Of a stretch of DNA of 64,000 nt, positions 63,951-64,000 are shown piece by piece (positions within the stretch are counted from its first letter, which is position 1; every line of letters starts with the position of its first letter). The notes beneath the pieces are model-generated. The model was not told where the DNA came from, did not search any database, and saw nothing but the letters and a program-made list of their open reading frames with translations. The translations under genes and the position numbers were made by a program. Origin of the DNA: Hemiscyllium ocellatum. Taxonomy: Eukaryota. The stretch is taken from the NCBI RefSeq assembly GCF_020745735.1, contig NC_083445.1, positions 9,548,001 through 9,612,000 on the forward strand, written 5' to 3'.

Positions 63951-64000
63951 GTGGGGTCTCAATCATCTGCAAGACACATTGCAAATAATTCTCCAAGGCT

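Noticed and set aside
62415-63996. Repetitive Gly/Trp- and Pro/Ile-rich ORFs; superficial CRISPR-like periodicity
   Set aside because: Products of a tandem minisatellite with no unique spacers; eukaryotic DNA with no cas genes.

Overview
Eukaryotic vertebrate genomic DNA, almost certainly from an elasmobranch (shark): it carries HE1-type V-SINEs, Deu-domain SINEs, CR1/L2 LINE fragments and Penelope-like elements (PLEs). The only host coding sequence I can recognise is a 27-nt first coding exon, MYSPLCLTQ|gtaatg (46208-46234, +), of a Nuclear Factor I gene (exact match to the NFIA N-terminus as I recall it; NFIC/NFIX not excluded). It lies in a CpG-rich promoter region. Exon 2 (DEFHPF...) is absent from the ORF track, so it probably lies beyond the window. 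A second CpG-rich promoter-like domain at about 13-18 kb ends in a candidate Met-only alternative first exon. The only long protein-like ORF is a young, 5'-truncated Neptune-type PLE (RT + GIY-YIG, 35413-37466, 13-bp TSD). The most distinctive feature is a population of about 12 short PLE-derived insertions from at least 3 sequence families. Many are fold-back elements with TSDs, fixed arm boundaries and minimal hammerhead ribozyme motifs. Almost all other ORFs in the track are chance or repeat-derived. Boundaries of old repeats are approximate, and all family names come from pattern recognition, not database searches.
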